From NCBI RefSeq assembly GCF_000143415.4, contig NW_003314280.1, forward strand, positions 1,488,894 to 1,552,893: 64,000 nt of DNA. Reading direction: 5' to 3'. A program made the position numbers and the translations under genes. Of this stretch, positions 50,076 through 59,766 are shown piece after piece (positions within the stretch are counted from its first letter, which is position 1; every line of letters begins with the position of its first letter). The notes under the pieces were generated by a model. That model was not told where the DNA came from. It was given only the letters and a program-made list of their open reading frames with translations, and made no database searches. This DNA comes from Selaginella moellendorffii (lineage: Eukaryota; Plantae; Lycopodiophyta).

Positions 50076-51428
50076 ATGGCCGAGGATCATTCATCCTTTT
50101 CGTTTGGGGTGATTGCGGATGTTCAATTTGGGGACAAAGACGATGCTGGTAGCTTACATTTTTCTCCCTGCTCGTTCTTTTCTTTATTAGCTGGAACTCC
50201 TTTCTACTCCAGAGGCATCGGAAGGCAATGGACGCATCAAACGATACAGGGAGGCTCCACAGAAACTGTCTAAAGCTGTGATGCACTTCAACTCTAGAAG
50301 GAGCGAATTGGAGTGAGTAGCAAAGCTAGAAAAATTGTGTTCCATGGCGAAATTAATAACCTTGGCTAGCCAGGTTTGTTCTTTCACTCGGAGACATTAT
50401 CGATGGGAACGTCTCGCCAGAGAAAACCACCGAAGACTTTGAGACGATCCTGGCTGAACTTCAAAAGGTTTTTACTCGTTTTAATTTTTACGAACAACTG
50501 AAAGTTTTTCTTTTGTTTCTCAGCTGGAGCTCCCAGCGTTCCATGTTTTGGGAAACCACTGCTTGTCATTGCCGAGGGAATCAGTCATGGCACAACTTGG
50601 GATGCCAGCTTCTTACTACGTGCAAGAAATGAGCCATGCTTGGTCTCTGGTAAGCTTGAAAGTATCGCATTGGACACGTTCATTTTTTCGTTTTCTTTTT
50701 TCATTCAGGTAGTTCTTGACACAATGGACATGAGCACGAAGTGGTCGGAGGACACACAAAACTTCAAGGTAGCTTTTACTCATTCGCCATGGTGTCAAGA
50801 ATTTTTCCACTCATCAACACTAACAGGAAGCCACGGAATTTCTTCACGCACATCCTTTGGGCGACGATCATCCCCAAATGTCTTTGTCGAACGGGGGCAT
50901 TGGATCCATCCAGATGTCCTGGCTCAAAGAAGTGATAGCAAACGCAGAGAGGTATATAATCTTTTTCCCCAAGATTTCCATGTCTCCATTATCGTCTTGT
51001 CCAAAATTCTAGGAACAAGATCAAACTTATTGTAGCGGCACACCATCCGGTAGTAGCCGGCTCGGCTCCGGACGGCCTTCTAGCTTGGAACCATCAAGAG
51101 GTAAGAAAGCAAAGAAGTTATAAATTTCTTCTTCTTGCTCTCTCAGATCTCCTCGGTGCTCGTGGAAAGCTCAGCCTTTGTGCTCTTTCTGTGTGGTAAG
51201 CTCGAGGATTTGGCTGATTCAATAGTATTCTTGTGTGAATTGTTTGTTGCAGGGCACCACCATCCGGGTGGCTACGCATGTATCAATGGCAAGCACTTTG
51301 TCACCGTGCAAGCCATCTTGGAAGCTCCAACAGGCTCACAGGCTCACGCAGTGGTAAATGTGTTTGATCGTCACAAAATCACCATACAAGGCACCGGTAC
51401 TGTGATCAGCCGCGTCCTGGAAATTTGA
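50076..51428 (+). CDS. Mn-dependent ADP-ribose/CDP-alcohol diphosphatase-like metallophosphoesterase, multi-exon
   Basis: FGVIADVQ, GDIIDG, GNH, HHP and GHHH.GGY motifs on successive short exons. Confidence 0.8.
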
Positions 51429-51580
51429 TTAAGCCAAAGTTCCTCTAGAATCATGAGCTCAAAGTCCAATGCTTCATGCTAATGAAATACTTTTAAGTTG
51501 ACTGCATTGACTTCCATAACTTTGAAGTAAGTCTTTGCAAATGTTTCATTCTTTTGTCTCGATTGTCTGGAATCTTGCCC

Positions 51581-53274
51581 ATGGAAGAGCGCCCCCAACT
51601 CGCCCTGTCCTCACGATCTGGAACGAAATCCCTATTCGATTCGGCTAGAAATCTGGACGAAAAGCTCTCAGCAGACAATCCAGCAGAAGCCCCCGGTGGA
51701 AAGAAAGAAAACTACAACAAGTATGTGGTGTTTTGTACATTGCTGGCTTCTCTCAACTCTCTACTGCTCGGATATGGTACGTTCTTCTTCCTTCTGGACA
51801 TGCCTTGATTCTCATTCTTTCTTCTCAATTCATATATCCAGATATTGGTGTCATGAGTGGTGCCTTGCTCTACATCAAAGATTACTTCGAGCTCAACAGC
51901 GTGCAGCAGGAAGTACTGGTTGGCATTCTCAGCCTGGCGACTCTCGTGGGTGGGCTCATGGCCGGGAAGGTGGCTGATGCGGTGGGAAGAAGGAAGACAA
52001 TGGCTACAGCCGCCGCAATCTTCTTCGTCGCTGCCTTGCTCATGGCATTGTCTCCCTCATACGCGGTGCTCATGGCAGGACGAGTTCTATCGGGGTTGGG
52101 GGTCGGCTTTGCTACTATCTCTCCAGTGTACACGGCAGAACTCTCTCCTCCCGGAAGCAGGGGATCCCTCGGCTCGTCTGCCGATCTTTTCGTCAACATC
52201 GGGGTCCTGCTTGGATACGTAGCGAACTTTGCACTCTCGCCGCTTCCCGAGTGGCTCGGATGGAGGCTGATGCTGGGAGTCGGCGCCGTCCCTTCCGTGT
52301 TCCTGGCTTGCGCCGTGCTGGTGATGCCCGAGTCTCCTCGCTGGCTGGTGATGCAAGGTAGGCTCTCTCCAGCCAAGGCAATTCTCCTGAAAACGTGCGC
52401 TGGGAACAAGATGGAGGCGGAGTCGAGGCTCGCGGCGATAGTGGAGTCACTGGGAGACGAGTACGAGGTAGAGAAAGGAGAAGAACTCACCTCCTCAAAG
52501 GTGGATGATCCGGAAGAGCTCCTTGAGCCGAGGAGAAGAAGGAAAGCTAGCAACGTCTGGAAGCAGTTACTGCTACCGTCGGCTCCGGTGCGCAGGATGC
52601 TACTGGTGTCACTGGGAATTCACTTCTTCCAGCAGGCATCGGGCGTGGACGCTCTCGTGTACTACAGCCCCACGGTGTTCGCACAGGCGGGGATGAAGAG
52701 CAGGACGAGCGTGCTGGGCATGACCATCGCCGTCGGCGTGACGAAAACTCTCACCATCCTGGTGGCCACCATCTGGCTCGACAGCCTGGGACGCAGGCCG
52801 CTGCTCCTGGCAAGTGCCACCGGGATGACCATCGCGCTCACCACGGTAGCGGTGACGTTCCGCTTCCTTCACGTCGGTACGAAGGTGGACACGAGCGGTG
52901 CAGAGCACGCGTCGGTGGCGGTGGTGGTCATCGCCATGCTCGCCATCTGCGGATTCATGACGAGCTTCTCCATTGGATTCGGGCCGACGGTGTGTGTGTT
53001 GACGTCGGAGGTTTTCCCGCTCACTCTCAGGGCCCGGGCGATGAGCCTGTCCATCGGGATGAACAGGGCGATCAGCGGGGCCGTGGCGCTGACTTACTTG
53101 AGCCTGGCCGGGGCGATCACCACGTCCGGGGCTTTCTTCGTCTACGCCTCCATCGCTCTTGCATCCATCGGGTTTGTTTTCTTCGTGGTGCCCGAGACCA
53201 AAGGCAAGTCACTGGAGGAGGTTTGTAAGTATTTCGGGTGGCAGCCGGATGATCTCAGGCAGGAAAAAGTATAG
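51581..53274 (+). CDS. Polyol/monosaccharide transporter (sugar porter family, MFS)
   Basis: Exons 51581-51776 and 51842-53274; LLGYDIGVMSGA, DAVGRR, PESPRWL, QQASGVD, PETKGKSLEE. Confidence 0.94.
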
Positions 53275-53289
53275 GATATAGTATTTCTC

Positions 53290-53480
53290 TCTGCATATTG
53301 TGTCCTACATCAACGACGTTGCATTGAGGCATCTTATCAAACATGGTCTTCGAATCGGCCAGATGCCCAGCCAGGGAATATGCTTGGAGCATCGCCATGT
53401 AGAAAGTCAACGTTTCTCTCCGGCATGGAATCGAAGAGAGAGGGCATTTGATCGAACGTAGATTTGTCGAGACCAAGATG
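53290..53480 (-). pseudogene. PLS-class PPR remnant
   Basis: AMLQAYSLAGHLADSKTMFDKMPQCNVV (S-type motif); degenerate and may extend to about 53930. Confidence 0.6.
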
Positions 53481-54116
53481 CCTGCTCAGGGCATATGCTC
53501 ATAGCATCGCGGTCCAAGCGCAAACATCCGGCTCCGGACGCTGTATGTTACCAGGTGGGTGTTAGCGATTTCCTTCCCATAGACAACCATGAGCACAGTG
53601 ACACAAAACATCGTGTTGCCTGGACTACATTGTGCTTGGCCAGCACCGCAGTGGCCACTCCGGTCCACGGAGTTCTAGGTGCGGCTATCGAGGACTACAC
53701 TCCAGACAATCTGCCAATTGCCTTTCGACAATAGCTCGTGCGTCAAATGCCGCCAAGATGTCCAAGGAGGAGTGATTCATTTGGCAACCGCAAACTTCAT
53801 GTCCAGCACCATCTGCTTTCACGCAGCAAACAAGAATGCGGGCCACGGGAGACACGGGAAGACGTTATCAAAGAAGACCCATGGGACCATCTTCGATGGC
53901 TTCCCAAAGGTCTTGATCAAGCATAGCACCAAGAATCTTTCCTTACAGTCTTAATCTTCTCGAAGTGTGGAGAAAGCAGGAGTTAAGTCAGAGACGAAGT
54001 TTGGATGTAAAAAACCTTGGAATCAACAGAGACAATAGAAGTACTAGCAATTCTAAGGACGATCGTTGCACGCACATACACGATCAGATCAGAACAAGAG
54101 ACGATCACCACCCTCG

Positions 54117-55025
54117 TTAGCACCTATGTCTTGTTCCGCCATGAACCTCCAGGGGTGCAACTTCCGCACACGAAGGGTTCCCGGCCACCACATCACGGAA
54201 GAACTTCTCCGCCTCGGCCTGTTCATCGCCAGTGCTGGCCAAGCGCATTGCGAGCTTGAACGCGGACGCAGCCTTGTTGTCGCCATCGGACACAGCCTGC
54301 CCATACTGCATAGCTGCGGAGTAGCTTCCCAGTGCCGCCCCATGCGCCCACGCAAACCCTGCATACATGGAGTAGCCAGTCTCGAAAGGCATGCGACCCA
54401 GGATGCTCCACATCCGGGGCTGCTGCCTGTTGAGCATCAAGGACCTCCTTGCCGACAGGATCGCCTCATGAGCTTCCTTGCTCCCCACTGCGCCAAAGCC
54501 AGCCAAGCGTGTGCCTCCCATCAGGCTGGATTCCGCGCCAGCGCATGTCTCAGATGCTCCATGGCTTCGCTTAGATCCTCTGCGGGAGTCACAGGGTGTT
54601 TTCATGAGGGCCATCTCCTCGCCCAGTATCAAAACGGCGAGTCTAGCCTCGACAAGGCAAAGCATGGCAGCATCCGTGCTCCTCTGGAGCTCGGCCAGCA
54701 GCTGATCCTTTGCCATGCCACGGACGCCGCCGTCCAATCTCTCCATGGCGCTGTTGATCCCGTCCATGTCCGGGCAATCGCTTGCAGCTTTTCCCACGCG
54801 CGATCCAGCGGGAACCAGTTCTGGCAGGCAACCATGAAGTTGAGCAGCCAGCAAAAGTCGTGAAAGTGTTGGGTATAAGCAGCAGCTCTGAATTGATGCA
54901 CTGGCCAGGAACTCGTCCCACTTTTCCTTGGTGATGTTGCCCGACTTGTTGCAGAAGGCTTTGAACAGGCGCTGGGCCTTGAAAACTTGTACGTGGTCCA
55001 GCTGCTCGGTCGGACTTGACGTCAA
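54117..55025 (-). CDS. Hypothetical helical (TPR-like, possible N-terminal EF-hand-like) protein or pseudogene
   Basis: 302-codon open frame without an early ATG; Ala-rich TPR-like segments (AEAEKFFRDVVAGNP). Confidence 0.35.
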   Translation of the reverse strand: MTSSPTEQLDHVQVFKAQRLFKAFCNKSGNITKEKWDEFLASASIQSCCLYPTLSRLLLAAQLHGCLPELVPAGSRVGKAASDCPDMDGINSAMERLDGGVRGMAKDQLLAELQRSTDAAMLCLVEARLAVLILGEEMALMKTPCDSRRGSKRSHGASETCAGAESSLMGGTRLAGFGAVGSKEAHEAILSARRSLMLNRQQPRMWSILGRMPFETGYSMYAGFAWAHGAALGSYSAAMQYGQAVSDGDNKAASAFKLAMRLASTGDEQAEAEKFFRDVVAGNPSCAEVAPLEVHGGTRHRC

Positions 55026-55116
55026 GAACCCTAAAAATTTGAATTAGCAATCATACAAATTTCTTAAAATAGCATTAAATGGAAGAAATTTACTAAATAT
55101 TGGTCTATATGTAAAT

Positions 55117-55188
55117 GTCGTTGTAGTATAGTGGTGAGTATTTCCGCCTGTCACGCGGATGACCCGGGCTCAATCCCCGGCAACGGCG
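55117..55188 (+). tRNA. trnD-GUC: tRNA-Asp(GTC), variant T-loop
   Basis: 72-nt cloverleaf matching plant cytosolic tRNA-Asp; T-loop reads CTCAATC rather than TTCGATC; T4 tract follows. Confidence 0.88.
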
Positions 55189-55236
55189 AGTTTTGTCCAG
55201 TCCAATTTTTATAATATGGTCCAAGCTTGCCGGATT

Positions 55237-55425
55237 TCAGCTCTCCCAGCTTCCAAATCCCTTGGAGAAATCAATGTAGAGGACGTAGACAGATTGGTCG
55301 TTTGGGATCTTGAATTTGTTGTGGATTCCATTCAGTCTCCTTAGTCGACGTGGTTGTGGATCATCCCGCTCACCAGAATGTCGGTCTCGGGCGGCATGCT
55401 TCTGGGGATCCTTGAGGCCGCACAT
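55237..55425 (-). mobile_element. Possible LINE reverse-transcriptase remnant
   Basis: VYVLYIDFSKGFGS resembles the non-LTR RT motif hhDFxKAFDSV; short and isolated. Confidence 0.4.
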
Positions 55426-55596
55426 GGTCTTGAAGAGTATGATCCCGGGGCAGTCGCGGATGGTCGTTTTTTATTTCCATGTACGTTATACATTATCCAT
55501 AGCCACATACTTGGCATGGTGATCCGTATTGTCCTAAGAACTGCAGTAAACCTCAGCCATGTAAGGCACAAAAATATCAGAAAAAGTTTTGACAGA

Positions 55597-55668
55597 GGGG
55601 CATTCTGAGAATTGAACTCAGGACCTCTCGCACCCAAAGCGAGAATCATACCACTAGACCAAATGCCC
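55597..55668 (-). tRNA. trnP-UGG: tRNA-Pro(TGG)
   Basis: GGGCATTTGGTCTAGTGG...CTCGC TTTGGGT GCGAG...GTTCAATTC...AATGCCCC; stems pair. Confidence 0.93.
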
Positions 55669-55783
55669 ATTAGACAATGGGAATGAATTAGTCATTTTGT
55701 TCTTCCTGTTTACTAATTCCCATTCCGCGAGATCACCAAAAGAAATCATCTCGGCAGATTGCGTGTGAGGATACGTGGGTATA

Positions 55784-55857
55784 TGGCCCATGCAGGTTTC
55801 GAACCTGCAACCTTGGCGTTATTAGCACCACACTCTGACCAGCTGAGCTAATAGGCC
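55784..55857 (-). tRNA. trnI-AAU: tRNA-Ile(AAT)
   Basis: GGCCTATTAGCTCAGCTGG...CTAATAA...GGTTCGAAACC...GGGCCA, 74 nt. Confidence 0.93.
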
Positions 55858-56251
55858 TTATGTTAAATCTACTGTTATGGAATTCGTACACTTAATAATA
55901 ATAATAATAATAATAACAGTTATTTAAAAGGACCCACTAAAGGCATCAGACCATCCTATCTACTGTTAATGTGGAGTTTGGGGATCTGTAGGCTCAACGA
56001 TGGCAAACTCATTGCAAAAACAGAGTCTATATCCAAAACACATTGGCATGCATGAGCATAGAAACAAGGTCTCAAGAATGTTGTCTCAAGAATAATTCTC
56101 AAATTTTTCTTGGCAAGAAATTTTAAGAAAGGATGGTGAATAAAAACTCTTTGATGCGAAGTATGTGGCTAAGTACAAGTAAACATACATGGAAATAAAA
56201 ACTTGATCCCCTACAGTATAAATACCTCATCTCTCCTGTTCCATCAGATGG

Positions 56252-56363
56252 GGAACTTAGCCATCGCCAGGGATGCGTTTGAGGAGGTGGTGAAAGTGGG
56301 AGGAGGGGACGAGGACTCGGCTCCCCAACACGTACGCGAGCGTTGGAATCAAGGAGGAGAGCC
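56252..56363 (+). repeat. Inverted duplicate of the 3' end of the PLS-PPR gene (56911-57036)
   Basis: Near-identical reverse complement with a 14-bp deletion. Confidence 0.9.
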
Positions 56364-56653
56364 AGGCTCGTCGCTCAAAGAATATGCGTGCAAGAAACTC
56401 GGTGGCTTCCTACATTCTTGAGACAACATGCTTGGTGCGAGAAGTTTCCGTTTCTTCGTTCATCCTCAAGCCATAAGAAGGAGAAAATAGCTCCTGAACA
56501 TGTCCAACGAACCCAAGATGATCCCACTCCACAATCACGGGAGCTTGTAATCATGAGCACATGTAATAGTGTATCTGCGCGGCCTCTCCCTGACATGAAT
56601 CCGGGGAAGAAATCTCCACGCATTCGTCAGTGGATTTTCAACAGCTTATATTT

Positions 56654-56718
56654 TGGGCATGCAAGTTGCGAACCTGGCGGTATTAGCACCACACTATGGC
56701 CAGCTGAACTAATAGGCC
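56654..56718 (-). pseudogene. tRNA-Ile pseudogene
   Basis: Degenerate copy of 55784-55857 with deleted T-arm sequence; shares the 5' flank (ttatgttaaat). Confidence 0.8.
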
Positions 56719-56890
56719 TTATGTTAAATTCGCGATTATTATATTTTTGTATAATGTTAGCATGAAACCTTTTAGTTATAAGAACAAAAATTAAATCATA
56801 AAAATAAAAATTATATATTTTTTTAAAGTTTAAACAATGTGTCAGCATAGAAACAAGGTCTTAAGAATGTAATGCAGGAGTTTTTTTCGC

Positions 56891-59710
56891 TTATCCCATG
56901 CCCGACCCGCGGCTCTCCTCCTTGATTCCAACGCTGGCGTACGTGTTGGCCATGAGAATGTATGGAGCCGAGTCCTCGTCCCCTCCTCCCAGTTTCACCA
57001 CCTCCTCAAACGCATCCCTGGCGATGGCTAAGTTCCTCCACTTGCGAGCCGCTCCCAGCACAGCCATCCACGCCGTCACGCTCGGCTTGGACCTGGCCAT
57101 CTCCACCGCCTCCTCCAAGTGATTGGCTCGTCCCAGCATGTCCACCATGCACGAGTAGTGCTCCACTCCAGGCCGACTAAACCCCGCCTTGCTCTCCATC
57201 GCCTGGAAGATCTCCTTCCCCTTTGCAACCAGCCCAGCGTGACCACAAGCGGAGAGGACCGAGAGATACGTGATCCCGTTGGGCTCCAGCTTCTCTCGCT
57301 CCACCATCCTCTCGAAGAGCTCCAGAACTCTGGCACTGTCTCCCTGGAGGCTGTATCCTGCTATGAGTGAGCTCCAAGTCACCACGTCCTTGCTCGCCGA
57401 GCTCTGACGATCAAACACGTCCTGAGCCTCGACCATGCTCCCACACTTGCCGTAGAAGCTCACCAGGGAATTCACCACTAACGTCTCGGAGCTGAGAGCC
57501 TCCGACTCCAAAACTCTGGCGTGGATCGCCCTGCCGGCATCCAGAGCTACCGAGTTTCCGCAAGCCTTGAGAGCAGCAGCAACAGTCCCGGCATCCGGCT
57601 CGAAGCCCCTCGCTTGCATGAGCTCGTAAACCCGAAGAGCTTTCTCCGGCTCCTCGTTCTGGACGTATCCCAGGATCATCGAGTTCCACGAAACCACGTC
57701 GTGGCTTTGCATACTGTCGAACACCAGCCGTGCGTCTTCCATGCTGCCACACTTTGCGTACATGTCGAGCAAAGCATTTGCTGCGAAGACGTCAAGCTTG
57801 TGCGGAGTTCTTTTCAGCTGAGAGTGAATAGCCCGGCCTTTCTCCAAACAAAACTCCCTGCAGAACTTCCCTCCTGCCTCGAGACTGCTGCAGGCGTTCA
57901 ATGCAGCGGCATAAGTTCGAGCATCTGGGACGAATCCTTGGTCCTGCATTTGCTCGAACAGCTGCAAAGCCTCCTCGCTCATCTCATTCTCCACGTAGCC
58001 ACAAACCATGACATTCCATGACACGACGTCGCGGGTGCGCAGTGCGTCGAACACGTCCCGTGCTTCGGCTATGCTTCCACACTTGGCGTAAACATCGACC
58101 AGTGTGCTGGCCACGCAAATGTCGAGATGGAAGCCTCTCTGCGTCAGCTGGGAATGGAATGATCTAGCCTTGTCCAGGAAGGAGCTGTCCCTTCTCAATT
58201 TCTCAGTGTCTGGCTTGCTCGCCACCAAAGCCTTGAGAGCCGAGACGTAAGTCCGAGAGTCTGGGACAAAGCCTTCGTCCAGCATACGTTGATAAGTGTC
58301 TAAAGCTGCCTCGATCTTTCCACCTTGGACGAATCCTGCTATAAGTGAATTCCAAGAGACCGTATTCCGCTGCGGCATTTTCTCGAAACACTCCATGGCA
58401 AGCTCAACTTCCCGGCTCTGTGCATACCCGCCAAGCAAACAATTCCAGGAGATAACGTCGTGGCGGATCATTCTGTCAAAAACTCCTCGAGAATCTGCCA
58501 TGCTGCCACACTTCGCGTAGAGATCGACCAGCGAGCTTGACACGAACATGTTAGACTCAAACCCACTCTTTGCAAGCTGGGAGTGAATAGCCTTTCCTTT
58601 CTCCAAGCATGCCACCTTAACCATCCTTCCATCGACTTTCCTGCCCTCCTCTCGGACTGCTAAGCTGCTGCAAGCCTTTAACACAGCAACGAAGATCTGC
58701 GGGTCCGGCTCGACACCATTCTCTTCCATTCCGGCAAACAGCTCCAGAGCTTTCTCGCCTTCTCCAGCTTGTGCATATCCCATAATGATAGAGTTCCAGC
58801 TCACTACATCCCGTTCCAGCATCCCGTCAAAGACCGCTCGAGCCTCGCACAAGCTTCCACACTTGGCATATAAATCCACCAGCGTGTTGGCCACAAATCT
58901 GTTCGTCTCGAATCCAGCCTCTCGCAGCTGAGCGTGAATCATCCTTCCTTTCTCTATGCAAAGAGATTTCTTCCCTTCGTCTTTGGATGCCAGCCCAGCG
59001 GAAGCCTTCAACACTGCAACGTAAAGTTGAGCATCTGGAGCGAAACCTTCGGCCACCATCCGTTCAAACAAGTCGAGCGCTACAGACCCTTGTCCTGCCT
59101 GCGCATAGCCCGTGATTATACTAGTCCATGAAGCCACACTGCGACGAGCCATCTTGTCGAAAACTCTGTGCGCATCCACCAAGCTACCACACTTGGCATA
59201 CATGTCGACGAGCGCATCTGCCACAGCATCCTCATAGCCGCCGCTTCTAGACAGGTCCCTGTGAATTCTGGCACCTGTACGTAAGTCTGTTGAGCTGCTG
59301 CAAGCTCTCAATGCGAACAAAACTTCCGAAACTCCTGAAGCCTTTCTCGAGCGGTGGTACCTTTCGGTTCTACTGTTCTCTGGAGCGGAGGTACTGTTCC
59401 TGACTTTATGGACCTTGTTTGCTTCTCCCAAAGCCTTGAGCTTGTCACGCATCCATTCGGGACAGCATGCAGAGTCAATCCACAGCTGTTGTCCCGTAAA
59501 CACATGAACAAAGTCTGGAGAGGCAGCGTCTTTCTGTATCAAAGTGTAAGAGAATTAATAAACTAACACTAAAACTGAACTTTTACTTACCTTGGATGTT
59601 CTGTTGTCCCACCATTTGGACGGATCTTCAATGAACTGCTGCCATTTGAGATATTCGCTTGCATTGTGGCTCTGTGAAGAGAAGGCCCTCGAACCCAGCA
59701 GTCTCTTCAT
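56891..59710 (-). CDS. PLS-class PPR protein with E-like C-terminus and N-terminal OSB-type PDF motif, predicted mitochondrial (about 920 aa, 2 exons)
   Basis: Exon 1 59710-59591 (MKRLLGSRAFSS...WQQFIEDPSKWWDNRTSK), 57-nt GTAAGT...CAG intron, exon 2 from 59533 (KDAASPDFVHVFTGQQLWID...PEWMRDKL), then P-L-S triplets, HYSCMVDMLGRA and APYILMANTYA; no DYW domain. Confidence 0.9.
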
Positions 59711-59766
59711 TCACCGAAGTCCATTACCTAGACGCTACCTTCAAACCCTGCTTTTAAACCCTCTCT

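Noticed and set aside
55893-55916. (AAT)n tract upstream of tRNA-Ile
   Set aside because: Ordinary microsatellite.
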